Notes: generated by a model not told the origin, from the sequence alone. A stretch of DNA of 64,000 nt from Macrostomum lignano (GCA_002269645.1 NIVC01000788.1:62001-126000), one strand, 5' to 3'; counted from the stretch's first letter, positions 23,043 through 35,773 are shown. Program-made: numbers and translations.

Positions 23043-23769
23043 CGTCGCCAATAAAACTCTTCTTATCACTCGCTGCGTAATGCAGCAATATCAGTATCAG
23101 TACATTCAGGTCACGTGAGAGAAAAATTATCTTGGCAAGTCACTCCCAATTTCAAGCTCCTCGCACCTTGACCTGAAATAGAAGCGTTTGTGAGCTCATT
23201 CGCAATAATTTCCCTCTTTCATAGACGTTCGTGATATCCTTGATCTACGGAATTTAATTCGCTCTCGTTTTGTTAGACTCGGTAGGACTCTGGCTACTGT
23301 GTATAGTAGCTCGTAGTGAATACTGTAGCTCGTAAATTAAGCGATTAGTTGACCTATAGTGCTCAAATCATGCTCAATATGACAAAGCTTTTCTAATATA
23401 CTCGACAAATAAGCTGTATATCTGGCTTTCGATGTGGTAAAAATCGAACATAGTTTTAAACACGAGCGCAGTCAGCTAACTGGTTTGTTCGATTAATCAA
23501 TCGATACTATGTGATAATTAGCTTGTTAGCGATTGGGGATTAAACAGGATTATACACAATTGTATTTGTATGAGTTGAGCGAGCTAGATAATCAAAATAC
23601 ATGATCAGCGAATTCTGGGTTAAAAACACAGCTGTACCAAATTCAAGATGTAATAAAAGTGTAGGGCATAAGCGTCTGTCTACTGAGTCATCGAAGTTTT
23701 CATAAATTGGTCGTTTTATGGTGCGTAAAAATGTTTTTTTTATCTAGCGCAATCCAGCCAGTCTGCTTT

Positions 23770-24719
23770 CTAGGCTTTGATAAGCGGGTAGCCTGGATTG
23801 TAGTTGGTCAGTCGGTAACCGGATTGGTTGAAAGCTGTGTTGCCCCAAGATCGAAAGTCGTACGGTCCCGTCACCTGGCGCTGCTCGTTTGGTCCCAGAG
23901 GCACCGAACCTCCCATTGGCTGCTGCGGCTGCCCATAGCCCGGCTGACCAAAAGCTTGCGGACCAGCATGGCCACCTGAAAGAGGCTGCTGCTGGTGCTG
24001 TTGGGGGCCCTGAGGCCATTGGCCTTGCTGCGGCTGCTGGGGCTGCTGCTGACCCTGAGGCCACTGACCCGGCTGAGGCTGCTGCTGGCCCGGCTGCTGC
24101 TGACCCTGAGGCCACTGACCCGGCTGAGGCTGCTGCTGGCCCGGCTGCTGCTGGCCCGGCTGCTGCTGACCCTGAGGCCACTGACCCGGCTGAGGCTGCT
24201 GCTGGCCCGGCTGCTGCTGGCCCGGCTGTTGCTGACCCTGAGGCCACTGACCCGGCTGAGGCTGCTGCTGGCCCGGCTGCTGCTGACCCTGAGGCCACTG
24301 ACCAGGCTGCGGCTGCTGCTGGCCCGGCTGCTGCTGACCCTGAGGCCATTGACCCGGCTGAGGCTGCTGCTGACCCTGAGGCCACTGACCCGGCTGCTGC
24401 TGACCCTGAGGCCACTGACCTGGCTGCTGTTGACTCTGAGGCCACTGGCCTGCCTGCGGTTGCTGCTGAGGCCACTGGCCCGGCTGAGGCTGTGGATATC
24501 CGCTCTGCGGCTGCTGCTGAGGCCACTGGCCCGGCTGAGGCTGTGGATATCCACTCTGCGGCTGTTGCTGAGGCCACTGGCCCGGCTGAGGCTGTGGATA
24601 TCCACTCTGCGGCTGCTGATAGCCAGCATAGCCCCGGGCCCCGGCTGCGGAATCTGGTCGTATTGCATGCCCTCCAGTCCGATAGGCGGTGGGTTCTGGG
24701 CAGGATAACTCGGGTTCAT
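23770..24719 (-). CDS. Gln/Gly/Pro-rich repeat protein (PGQWPQGQQQ repeats, ~316 aa) with an apparent 1-nt frameshift near 24635
   Basis: ATG at 24719 follows an acceptor (ttctacag) and reads MNPSYPAQNPPPIGLEGMQYDQIPQPGPG. The compositionally matching continuation GYAGYQQPQSGYPQPQPGQWPQ...PLIKA* lies in the neighbouring frame; one extra G in a G4 run joins them. Confidence 0.65.
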
Positions 24720-26153
24720 TGTTGCAGTGCTGTAGAAAGTATCTCGCGAGCAAACGCTGTGTAGAGCGCAGAATAGGCGGGCTGTGAGGCATTTTTATTA
24801 CATTCAGCCCACCTCGTGCCATCTCCAACCCGAGCATACGTCTCAACTCCACTGTTCGCACTTCGGAGCTGTACAGCGTGCACGCCTATATGGTCTCTCG
24901 CTTACGTACGTTACCGTGTAGATGCGCTTGCATTGTAAACTCCATTCCGAAACTGCCTTTCTCTGCCTCACTCCGGTCAGCTCCCCTGCTACTCGCTCTC
25001 CGGCCAATGACTATTTGGCGCTGACGCAAACTATGCAGGCCGTATACAATGCACGGTGAAGGTATGAATTAAGCACCGCAGAGAACACACCTTTTTGGAT
25101 CGAGAGCAAGAGAGAGAGGAGGGGGTCTGTTGACAAAATGGTTGAATTGCACGTTGCGTTAAGATAGCGCTGAGGACTGAGTTGAGTAAGAAACCGCTTC
25201 TGCCCAAACTCAGATAGATGGTTTGTTAGTCATGCAGTTGTGAACCTTTCCAAGGCTAACAAGAGAAATTGTATACGGGTTTGGGTACAATGCATTTTTG
25301 AGTAATACATGTACTACCTAAATTAAGCTAATTAAAATTTAAATTCGGGTATTTTTGTTTGTTACCGCGTGCTATAGCTAGAAAATTCAGAATCACAGAG
25401 ATGTAAACTACTCGTATTTGTCTTCACTAATCTATACGAATTAAACTATAAGAAATTCGGAGAATAATGTACGAGCCACCTCCCATTTCATGTTGGTTTC
25501 GGCCCCCAGTAAAGTCTACCAACTTCGTGTAGTCGTGTAGATGCTCATGAGAAAGCGAACCAACCCTTGACACATTTTAGTAAACAAAAATAGCTAGAGT
25601 ACGGATAGGTAAATTTTTTATTTATAGTACTCAGCTACTTATCAACGATATTGTTGTTGATTTAAAAGATAGCTTTAGATTCAAAAATAAGAACTATTCA
25701 GTCCTGATTATATCAATTATTTTTCAATTTGTCTGTGTCTAACACAGCCATATACATACCCGAACATTACGCGCGCCGATGTTGGATAGTGTGATGCTTA
25801 TACAAACTGCCTCAGCCCGCCACAGCCTCATTGGAAATATGAGCACAAAAATTGCACTGCGCTGCGCCCTCCTCAAAATGTGTTAGCTGCCACAGCCAGA
25901 AACGCGTTGCCAGTTACTCCTGGAGTTGGTCAGGATTCGATTGGGATTCAGCCAATGCACAGAGGGAAACTCTATATACTCCTCCTAGATTCTCATTTAA
26001 GACCGCACCGTGCAATGCGCTACTCGGCAAGCCACGCCCCGCTGCCTAAAAGTCAAGTTAGCCAGCGGCTTGAAACAGTTGCTTGGAAATTTGCAGTACA
26101 CTCTCGGCAGCAGTTCCTGGCCTATACTCGTAACTGATCAGCTCTCCTCCTGC

Positions 26154-26345
26154 ATGGCGATAGAAAACAACTGGAGCCGACAGCCGCACCGGGACAAGCT
26201 GCCGGACAGCGACACGCTTGAGCAGCAGCTGGACCGCGTGTTCGATCTGTTCGACGCCGATAGAGACGGCCGCATTGTGGCCAGCGAGGTCGGCATCGCG
26301 CTGGCCAGCTTACACGGACAGCGCTTGACTAAGAAGGAGCTCAAG
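26154..26345 (+). CDS. Calmodulin-like four-EF-hand protein, exon 1 (EF1 DADRDGRIVASE)
   Basis: ATG at 26154; 64 codons ending ...LTKKELK at a phase-0 donor GTGAGT. Contains only EF1 plus the entering helix of EF2. Confidence 0.85.
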
Positions 26346-26509
26346 GTGAGTTCGGTACAGCTGTCGAAGGTGAGCTCAAGGTCCAGGACCTTTTTAGCTA
26401 TATGTATTGGACTATTGTATCTGTTAAATTTCAATCACAGATACTAGAATAACTTTAGATTTTTAGTTAGTTATTCTAGTATCTGTGATTTCAACTAAAA
26501 TCTTGGGGG

Positions 26510-26650
26510 AGCAAGCAACCCCCAAATAGCAAGCATCCCCAAAATAGCAAGCAACCCCCAAATATCAAGTATCCCCCAGATAGCAAGCATCCCCCAGATA
26601 GCAAGCATCCCCCCCGATAGCAAGCAACCCCAGATAGCCAGCATCCCTGG
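26510..26650. repeat. Short ~19-20-bp tandem repeat (CCCCCAAATAGCAAGCA)
   Basis: About 7 degenerate tandem units. Confidence 0.75.
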
Positions 26651-29552
26651 ATAAAAAAGTCCTGATAGATCTTAGCGTCCTCAGCATGCATATAGCTGTA
26701 AAATTGTATCTGCTGTCGTATTGTTTATATACAAGTAGCAAAAGTCACTGCAGCTGTTATTACAATCAGTAGAGTGCTCATAAATGTGAAATTATAAAGT
26801 TATGAATTGAATTCAGCGCATTGCATATCGATCGCAACAAGTTATGCAAAACTAGTCAGTCAAAAACATTTTTGCAGACAGATTCTTCTCTCGGTATACT
26901 GCTAACCTTTTACAGCGCCCTGAGCCCAATACTCCGGGAAAAAGTACAAGTGTCCAGTGAGATATTGCTCACGGACTCCTTAGCAGACTTCATCCAACAA
27001 TAAGCCTTTGCTTCTTGTAGCTTTAATCATACGAGTACACATGCAAATAGAGCAAGATTTTGTGCATGACTGTCAAATCGATTATGCTGGCACCGAGGGA
27101 GATTTATCCCGATCAGCTGCTGGGTATTAGGCTCGTAACCGAAATATTCCCTATTGCTTAATCTTTATCATTTCTGGGCATGGGTCATCGATCAGCGTTT
27201 TTACAAGATTGCAGAACGAATTTATGAATACTTCAAACTAACTGGTTTAATTACAGTAAAAGGCAAGATACTGTATGCACACAAGTTACCAATGCAATTG
27301 GACCACAAGAAGTTGCATATACCGTTGCGTCAGGACGTATTGCTGGCGTTCTAATGAGTAATTTATTTGAGGGCCCAATAATCTTGCCCAGAATGCATTA
27401 ATGGGATATTCGTAGGAACTTGTTATCTTTTTAGCACTAAAGTGTCAATGAATGAATGCGTGAAGGAATCCCATTGTTGGATGAGTCATCGTGCAGCAAT
27501 GCTTGAGTAGAGATGGCACTGACAAACTAAATAGTTTCCTCAAACGGTTTGAATGAATGCATGGCTGTGGTGAAGCACAGATCCATGACTCCTCTATGAT
27601 ACACGAGCCTCGAGTTACACGTAACTAGTAAATACTAGTACTGTTGATTTAGCAGACCACATTAATGGTTATGCAAAAAATATTGCAATTTTTTTGAACC
27701 TCAAAACCAATTGAGGCCGACAGAAATGGTTCACTTGGGGATGCGGCGCGATCTGGAGCGTCAAACCATTAATCCCAGGATATCGAGTTCTAAGGAATGC
27801 AGATGGCATTACAATGTTTGTACGAGGATCTCACCTTCCATTCAGGGCTTCTATTATGCATAGAAGTGCATTCAGTGCATTCATCAAATGCAAATGGGGG
27901 CAATCTTAATTAATATGATAAAAATGGAGACATAACACACCAGTGTTAATTTTATATGATGTCCGGCCTGATACAACCGAAACTTCTAGTGGTCTTACGT
28001 GTATGTGTGCATGTACAGTAAGTAAAGTAGTATATACATGTACATGTAAATATTGAGTGCTATGATACAGTAGTATATTAGAAATAGTACACTATCAAAA
28101 GACATTGATAGTGTAGACACAGACTGCAACAGACACTACTACGGAAGTACATGTACCTAAGGCTTGCGTTACTCCACCTATCACAGGTGTTGCTCCCACC
28201 TGTTGTGTCACAGGTGTTATACTACTGGAATCGTACGTGGTCTTGGCGGTTAAGCTACTGGTTTATTCTGTTTTCTATTTTACTTTATTACGAGCGTATT
28301 AATTTTACTCTTATTGGTATAGGTTGCTGCCACCAGACTAGTGTCCCCTATAATTAATGTTAACTTAAAATAAGTAAGACACAAGTCAATTTCAGTAAGG
28401 TATTAAGACAAAAGAAAAAATAATATTATGAAAGAGCCAAATATGCAAAGAGAGAATCCACTATTTCCTTATTCTAATATGTTGGGTAGACTCCGTCCTT
28501 ATAGATTGCACTAATGGTGACTCCATTGGCCTTTCCTATGTTATCTAATAATTATTCCTATTCTCGGTAGACTCCGTTTGACTAATGGTAGACTCCGTTA
28601 GCCTCCCTATGTTAAACTGTACTTTCCCTTAAATTTCCTATGTTCACTTGGGATTTTATACCTTGCTTTTACAAAAGGGAAGATTCCCTATATGTTTTAT
28701 CTTGAGACTGTCTCTAAAATGTTGTCCTAGCGGACTGTCCAACTAGGGTTCTTTTCCAGGGGCTAAACAGCCTTTTACTAATGGAGAAAGCTACAATAGA
28801 ACGATTTCCCTATGCTTCAAATATTTTCCCGAGGGTGAACTACTGTTAGTAGCGTAAAAGCAAAACTGCTTGTTCTCGGTTTCGGGTTACTAAAATAATT
28901 CTCGACAAATAGGAATTCACTGGCAAACGCCAAACGCCTTAGCACAACTGCTTGAACTAAACCCCCTACAACACTACCACCTGTTGTCACAGGTGTTACT
29001 CCCGCCTATTGCGTTACTCTGCACTTGCTGTGCCTGCAACTTAGCTTAATACACTTGAAGCACAGAAACAAAGCAAGAGACCAACAAGACAAAGATTCAA
29101 TCATTTTAGCTATCGTAGAAACAAGAACAAATATTGTAGTACCAACCCTGTTTAACATTGTTTATTTAAGCTAGAAATAAACTGTCTCTACAACCGCGAG
29201 CAAAAAATCGAAAACAATGAAACAACTCCTGCTGGAACTCTGGGACACAGCTTATTGAGGGCACCAAAAATTTAGCCAAAACTTTGCTTTTTAATAAACT
29301 AATTTAGTATATGGATTATATAGACTGTGTCAATTATAACACTACTGAATATATAACACAAAACCGACTAACCAATAGTGAAGTCTAGCATCGCTTATGA
29401 TGCTTGTATGCGCTTATTATGCTCCTATTAGTAGGATGGATAAGAGTATATCCAACGAATGTGACGCATCCATTTAAATATTAAAACTCTTTATTTAGCC
29501 AATGCCTAAAAGGTTAAGTCAGTCAGATCCCCGGCATGATGACGGATGACAG

Positions 29553-30735
29553 TTAGCTGGCACCGGCAGGTTTGGCCGGCGGCACAATGATGGTTGGCCT
29601 GTGGGCGTGGTGCAGCACGTAGTCGGACACGCTGCCCAGGAATGTACGGCGCAGGGTGCCCATGCCGCGGTTGCCCATAACGATTAAAGACACGTCCTCC
29701 TCGTTGGCAATCTCCACAATGGCCGGGCCGGCGCCGCTGGTCATGCGCTCAAGGAATCTGCGGGTGGTTCGAGTTTGACTGTCTGCTTTAGGATTTCTAG
29801 GCATCTGCTTTTTGGGATTTATAATAATCTGCTTTGGTGATTTCTATGAATCTGCTTTAGGATTTCTAAGAATCTGCTTTTTGGGATTTCTAAGAATCTG
29901 CTTTTGGGATTTCTAAGAATCTGCTTTTTGGGATTTCTAAGAATCTGCTTTTTGGATTTCTAAGAATCTGCTTTGGGATTTCTAAGAATCTGTTTTTTGG
30001 GGGTTTATAATAATCTGCTTTTGGGATTTCTAAGAATCTGCTTTTGGGATTTCTAAGAATCTGCTTTTTCGGATTTCTAAGAATCTGCTTTTCGGGATTT
30101 CTAAGAATCTGCTTTTTGGGATTTCTAAGAATCTGCTTTTCGGGATTTCTAAGAATCTGCTTTTTGGGGTTTATAATAATCGCTTTGGCGATTTCTAAGA
30201 ATCTGCTTTTTGGGATTTCTAAGAATCTGCTTTTTGGGATTTATCTGCTTTGGGGATTTATAATAATGTTTAGAGAATTTCAAAGAATCTGTTTTCGGGA
30301 TTTATAATATGCTCAGTCTTAAAGATTTCTAAGATTAAGAATCAGATTTAGCGTTTTGAGTTTCTAAGATTTAAGAATCTGCAAATAATTTCTATAACAA
30401 TCTACTTGACGATTGCTAAGATGTTTCGGGAATTCACAGACTCGTAGCAGAGATCACACTAACCTGGTGTGATTCTGCAGTCCCAGAGTCTCGCACTTCT
30501 CCTTGGTTTGGCTGGCAAGCCGCTTCCCAGCCTGGATGGCCTCGTTGACGCTGTTAGCATAGAGATCGGCGGAGACGGCGCTGGCAAAACCGGCTCCCAT
30601 GGTGACCGGCGGCGGCTCAACAACATAGGCAAAGATCAGCTGATCCTCCGAGTTGCGCATATTGCTGGAGTACCATTCTAGGGCGCGTTCGCAGTGCTTG
30701 CTACCGTCAACAGCGATTAGAATCTTGCGAGTCAT
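29553..30735 (-). CDS. Universal stress protein (USP/UspA domain), 2 exons (~158 aa)
   Basis: Exons 30735-30464 and 29757-29553 (phase 2, GT-AG). N-terminal KILIAVDGSKHCERALEW; ATP-binding motif G-2x-G-9x-GS (GNRGMGTLRRTFLGSVSDYVLHHAHRPTIIV). Confidence 0.95.
29780..30390. repeat. ~22-23-bp minisatellite (GGATTTCTAAGAATCTGCTTTTT) filling the USP intron
   Basis: Tandem units with T-run variation; ORF 30044..30307 is its by-product. Confidence 0.93.
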
Positions 30736-32923
30736 GATGGCGTGTTAATTTAACTGCAATCAGGGCGATTCGATATAGAAACTTGAATTGAGCCTGCGTG
30801 GTCTTTGCAAAGCCACAAATAATTTAATAGCCTGTTTACGCAGTTCCAAGTCGTACCTTGGAAGCCTGTGCACGTTTAACCTTAATTTGAACCCGTATAA
30901 AATAGAGGTCACGTGAGAAGAACAAGAGTTTAAAATATGAAGCGTAGAGGAAAGAAAAACTTGAACGTTAAATTAAAACATGTATACTTTTTTAGGCTTG
31001 AAAATTTTATCAATTTATTATTACGACAATAACTTTTTTCGTGGACGTAATTTGCACTTTATGCTAAAGTGACACCCCTCGCTGGCCTCGCATGCAAATT
31101 AAACCGTAACCGCATATGCTAAGTGAACTGCATGCATGATTAAGCATGTTTAAGCTTTAAACTTACCCGGCTTGTAGGAAAGGAAGGCACCGAGATATTC
31201 TATTAAGCTTTAGTCTTCGCTTTGGCAAAACGGCGGGGGGCCACACACTGCTGGGCTGACTAGAAATAGTTGGTTGTTGAATTTAGTCCTGGCTTCCCTA
31301 CATTATAAAGCGACACTCCGGTTCAGACCCTGTGTACATAACCAGCCCTACCCCAACACCATAAACTAGTGTACACTCAGATCCATGCTCTTTCACATAC
31401 AGCCGCCACCCCCACCGGGGAGCCAATCCGGAGTGAAATTCCACCAAAATTGAACGCCATATAGATAGCGTGGGTTAAGAAGGTTAAGAAAGAATGAGGG
31501 ACCGGGTTTGGGACAGGAAAGAAGGCAAACATAAGGCCCAGGCCCCAGGCCCCTTTCGACACCCCATGAAATTGAAGATCGGGGCTGAAGGGTCATTCGG
31601 CCTGATATGTTATCGCTTTAGTTTTACTCCACATTATATGCCGCCAGCTCTAGATTACTGCTGCTGCACGTTTGCATTTGCAACTGAAGTGAAAAGATCT
31701 GGAAAATTCTCTTCGCTTTAATCGAACGAACCATACGATAGCTATTAGCTAGCAGCTCAATCAAATAAAGTTGAGAACAATACTTACTTATGGCTTTGCT
31801 TTACCCACCTGCTGGTGGACCTGCTGAACTCTTGCGTTTAATACTTTTCTCACAATTGATACGGTGGCGTAACTAGGCTTGACGGTTTTTCGAAAGAAAC
31901 TTACTATTTATAAAATATTCTTATGTTTAATTTTAACTTTAAATAATACCTTAGAGGAAATGTAGACTTAATAATTCTCAATTAAATTATTCACCACCCA
32001 TCAGGCCATCACCTACCTGCCTTGTATTGTATATTTAATCTATGAAAGCATAAAGGGATAAAGCATTTAATTGGAAGTTGAACAATACCATAGCTAGAAA
32101 TGATCAATTGGTGCTCAAATTGCGTGTACGAATATAAAGTAAAGTATAATGGGCAACTCGTTAATGATGAAGGGCTAACGCTAGTTGCTCACATAGCATG
32201 GAAGAAAATGTCAAAAAATTTGCCTCGCTCTGCCCTCAACCATCACTCAATAATCAATCAAAGCCAAAGGTCCGTTGTACTTACTCTTCCCTTCGTTCTC
32301 TCTTAGGAGATCCTTCCTTAGCGAGTGAATACTGTGTATTCAGAGGCCGCTCCAAGTATGAGGAGGCAGCACTCAGCAGCATCAATTAGTATTGCTACAC
32401 GATAGGAGCTCTCGGGACTTCGCTAAACTCTATACTTGTCTCGGAGTGGGGTGTTGAAAGCCGATATTTTCGGAAGAAAAACAGATTCGTGAGAGGATTG
32501 GTTTTCTCACAGTCGCAAAGAGAACAGGGCAGACTGCGCAGGCCTGCCTGCACTATCCCTAAACTGGGCCAGTGGGCCCAGTTTGATGTGCACCATAATT
32601 CCGAGAATGCGTTTGTGGCTTAGAGTATTGCCGTAATCAACTATTTACAGCACTGAAACTACGGCTGCTTAATTCGTTCTTATAGTAATAGTAATAATAA
32701 TAATAATAATAAATAAAGAAACTTGACTCTTGACACAAATAAAAGGACACGATGCAGTTTATTTTGGCGTCAAATCTGAACAAATTGTTGATTGTAATGA
32801 ATTCATTAGCTATAGTCAAACATTGGATAGGGATTTTCAAGTGTTTCTTATACGATAAATAAAGTTGTTCTATTAATCGGAATCAATCACATCTAATCAG
32901 TCAATCCTGCACTGTTGAGCTGC

Positions 32924-34983
32924 TTAATTATCTAATGCGAAGACAGAAAACTGTTGCTGTTGTTGCTGCTGCTGGGAATAGAACTTGTCCCCACTTGAGT
33001 GCCGCTGAAAAACTACTCGACTTCGTTTCCGCGGACGATCCAAAAAGTGCGACGCCTGCATGTGCTGCTGCTTCCGGCTGACCTCCTGATGCTTGGCAGT
33101 AAATATGTGCTGACTGTCCAGCTCGAGGGCTTTGGTGAAGGACACTCGCAGATAAGCGTTGATCACTTCATTGCGCAGCTGCGGATACGATAGCAGCGTT
33201 GGAGACAGAATCAGGCGCTCAAACTCGAGCCACAACAGACGCAGCCGACTGATACCAGCCAAGAAGTTCATCGAGCCCATCACTTGGCCAGCGAAGTCAT
33301 CGGTGAGCGCGGTCAGCATTGACTGCTCGCTGTACCGACTCTGTTCCAACATGATGCTGCATTTGGTTACCACAAACTTAGTCAACGGTCCCATGATTAC
33401 GTTCATAATCATGACTAGGATTAGCGTGTTAACCTTTAAATTGTTAACCATGTCTCGTTCAGCGTTATGAAAGCTTGTCATGGTTAGGGAAAGGGCCACG
33501 GCGCCGCGTAGGCCTGCATGGATTGTTATGATTTGTTCCTTGCCTGAAACAGGGCAGAATTTAAATAGCGATTGAGGTCATTTGATTTTTTATCCCTCAT
33601 CACCTTTTAAAAAAAAATAAAGGCACTCACCCTGCAGCTTCTTGGTCCGGAACCAGTTCAGCACGTGAGAGAGCGTGATAGTAGTGAAGGCTCGCCCAAG
33701 CAGGCATAGAAATGGAGTAAAAATCATGAGCGAGATATTAAGTCCCTGGCCGGCGTCCCAAGCTTGGCTGTTGCTAAGCATCACCAGCTCAACGCCCATC
33801 GATAGGAAAATGAGCATCTCGCTCAGAGAAGCAGTCATATGCAGCAAAAGGCTAAAAATTCGCTTTGAGCTGTCCGATATGTTGCCTGCAAGCGAGTTTA
33901 AAATAGAACTAATCCATTTGAAATCAGCTCAGTACGAAAATACGAGTAAAAGGACACAAATGCTGGGTGAGTAAAATAACTACGAGTAGAATAAGCACAG
34001 ATTTCCTTACACTTTGCGTACGCAGCCAGAAGGACGCCACACACGATCAGGCTGAGAATACCCGACAGATTGATAGCTTCGGCCAGCAGGTAGCTAAGTA
34101 AGCCGCAGCTGAGCATGATGGTCGGCTCGCAGATGACTGTCATCTGAGTTCGCTTGGTAATGATGGCGCAGAATAGGGCTAGAGCGGTGCCGAGGATGCA
34201 GGAGCCTAGAGTAGATAGAATCGTGTTGCCAACCGCTTCCATTACTTCGCCCACAATGTACATATTGTTCGGGTCCACGCCCTGTATATTGGTCATGGCT
34301 TTGAATAGCGAAACTGTCATGGCGTCGTTAAGCATAGCCTCGCCGCTAACCAGAAAGTGTAGGTGATAATCCGCTTGAAGCTCTTCAAATGCTTGGATTA
34401 CCGCTACCGGATCCACGGCAACGATTATCGAGCTAGATTGAAAATTATTGAGCATCATTACCAACATGTACATGTACTAATACTGCTAATTCAGGACAAA
34501 AATTAGATAGTCTCACCTGTAGAAGAAGCTATCCACAGTTTTAAATCCTTTAATAAAGGGTATAAAGTTGGCGTTGTGCAGCAAGGCCAGCATGGACCCG
34601 ATAAACAGAAAGTTGAATAGTGTGCCAAGAATAGCGAATGTGAGAATAGTAGGCACATTGTTGAGGAATACAGGATGAAACAGGTTGTAAGCTGCGTCTA
34701 GTATGATCGGTGGCAGCAGCACTGTAAAGAACAGGTAATGTGTGAGCCTTAGACCGGACACTAAAGCCATGTATTCCGCGCCGAAGCTTCTCATAACCCA
34801 AGAGACCAGGACGCCCAGGGCGATGAAGGCCGCAGATTCTGGAAAAATTCTATGCAATCCGTAAAAAGCGTAAACAACTCTGAAGGCGAACATCAACAGT
34901 ACGATTAGCACGATAAAGAAGTAATTGTTGACGAAGAAGATGTTCTCCAGGTCTGGCAGTACGACTTCAGTTGTATTGTTCAT
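32924..34983 (-). CDS. Na+/H+ exchanger (SLC9A/NHE, CPA1 family), 4 exons (~587 aa)
   Basis: Exons 34983-34517, 34432-34011, 33885-33631 and 33543-32924, all GT-AG and phase-consistent. NHE motifs FFTVLLPPIILDAAY, AVDPVAV, GEAMLNDA, EMLIFLSMG and AGLRGAVALSL. Confidence 0.95.
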
Positions 34984-35407
34984 TATCACTGGTTGAATGC
35001 AGAATCTTAATTTCAAATAATATGACTGCTGGTTGAACTTCAATTTTGATCTGCAGAAGACTAAGTCAATATTAAGTAAACAATATTCAACAAATGCAGC
35101 CCTGCAGACTAAACAGAACAGCAACAGCGTCTATGGTGACGTCTGTAAATTGATTCTAGAAAGTACGTGGGTAAGAAGCAAGGACAGAAAGTGCAATAAG
35201 CACTCATTTTTAAGCGGTCTTCAGTACGCATGCATGCAGCGGATTGTGACTATGAAGCGCGGGCGCTTCTCGATAATTTGATTCACAAACGGCGGAAAAA
35301 ATATTCAGAAAAATGATTCGTTTTTAAGCTGCTTTTGAAACTCGCTTTAACACGAAAACGGGACTAAATTCCTTAATTTTCACCCCAATACCCTTCCATT
35401 CCTGCAG

Positions 35408-35773
35408 CGCATACTTGCCGCCGCCGATGTGGACTCGAACGGCTACGTGGACAGATGGGAGTTTGTGAGACTGGCGGCCAACGATAGCCGAAGCCGACGA
35501 CAACAGAAGCGCCAGTCTACCCGGCAGCAGCCGAAGCCGCCGCCTCTAACCACTGAGAAAGATCTGGCCCGCGCCTTTCGCATGTTCGACACCGACCGAG
35601 ACGGCTTCATCGCGCCGGCGGAGCTGCGCTCGACACTTGTCCGACTGCTGCCGCCTGGCGAGGTCACCGACCAGCTGGTAGCCGACATGATTCGCGGAGC
35701 CGATGCGGATGGCGACGGTCGGGTGTCGTTTGCCGAATTTGCGAGAATCGTTTGCGCAGATGAGTTGCGCTGA
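35408..35773 (+). CDS. Calmodulin-like four-EF-hand protein, exon 2 (EF2-EF4)
   Basis: Acceptor cctgcag at 35407, phase 0. Reads RILAAADVDSNGYVDRWEF...FDTDRDGFIAPAEL...ADADGDGRVSFAEF...*; together with exon 1 gives a ~185-aa four-EF-hand protein. Confidence 0.88.
   Translation, partial: RILAAADVDSNGYVDRWEFVRLAANDSRSRRQQKRQSTRQQPKPPPLTTEKDLARAFRMFDTDRDGFIAPAELRSTLVRLLPPGEVTDQLVADMIRGADADGDGRVSFAEFARIVCADELR

Noticed and set aside
23889-24764. Plus-strand Ala/Pro/Asp-rich ORF
   Set aside because: It is the antisense shadow of the Q/G/P repeat gene.
32565-32588. 10-bp stem / 4-nt loop hairpin (AAACTGGGCC-AGTG-GGCCCAGTTT) as a Helitron end or terminator
   Set aside because: No CTRR terminus nearby, and bacterial-style terminators are not relevant here; may be chance.
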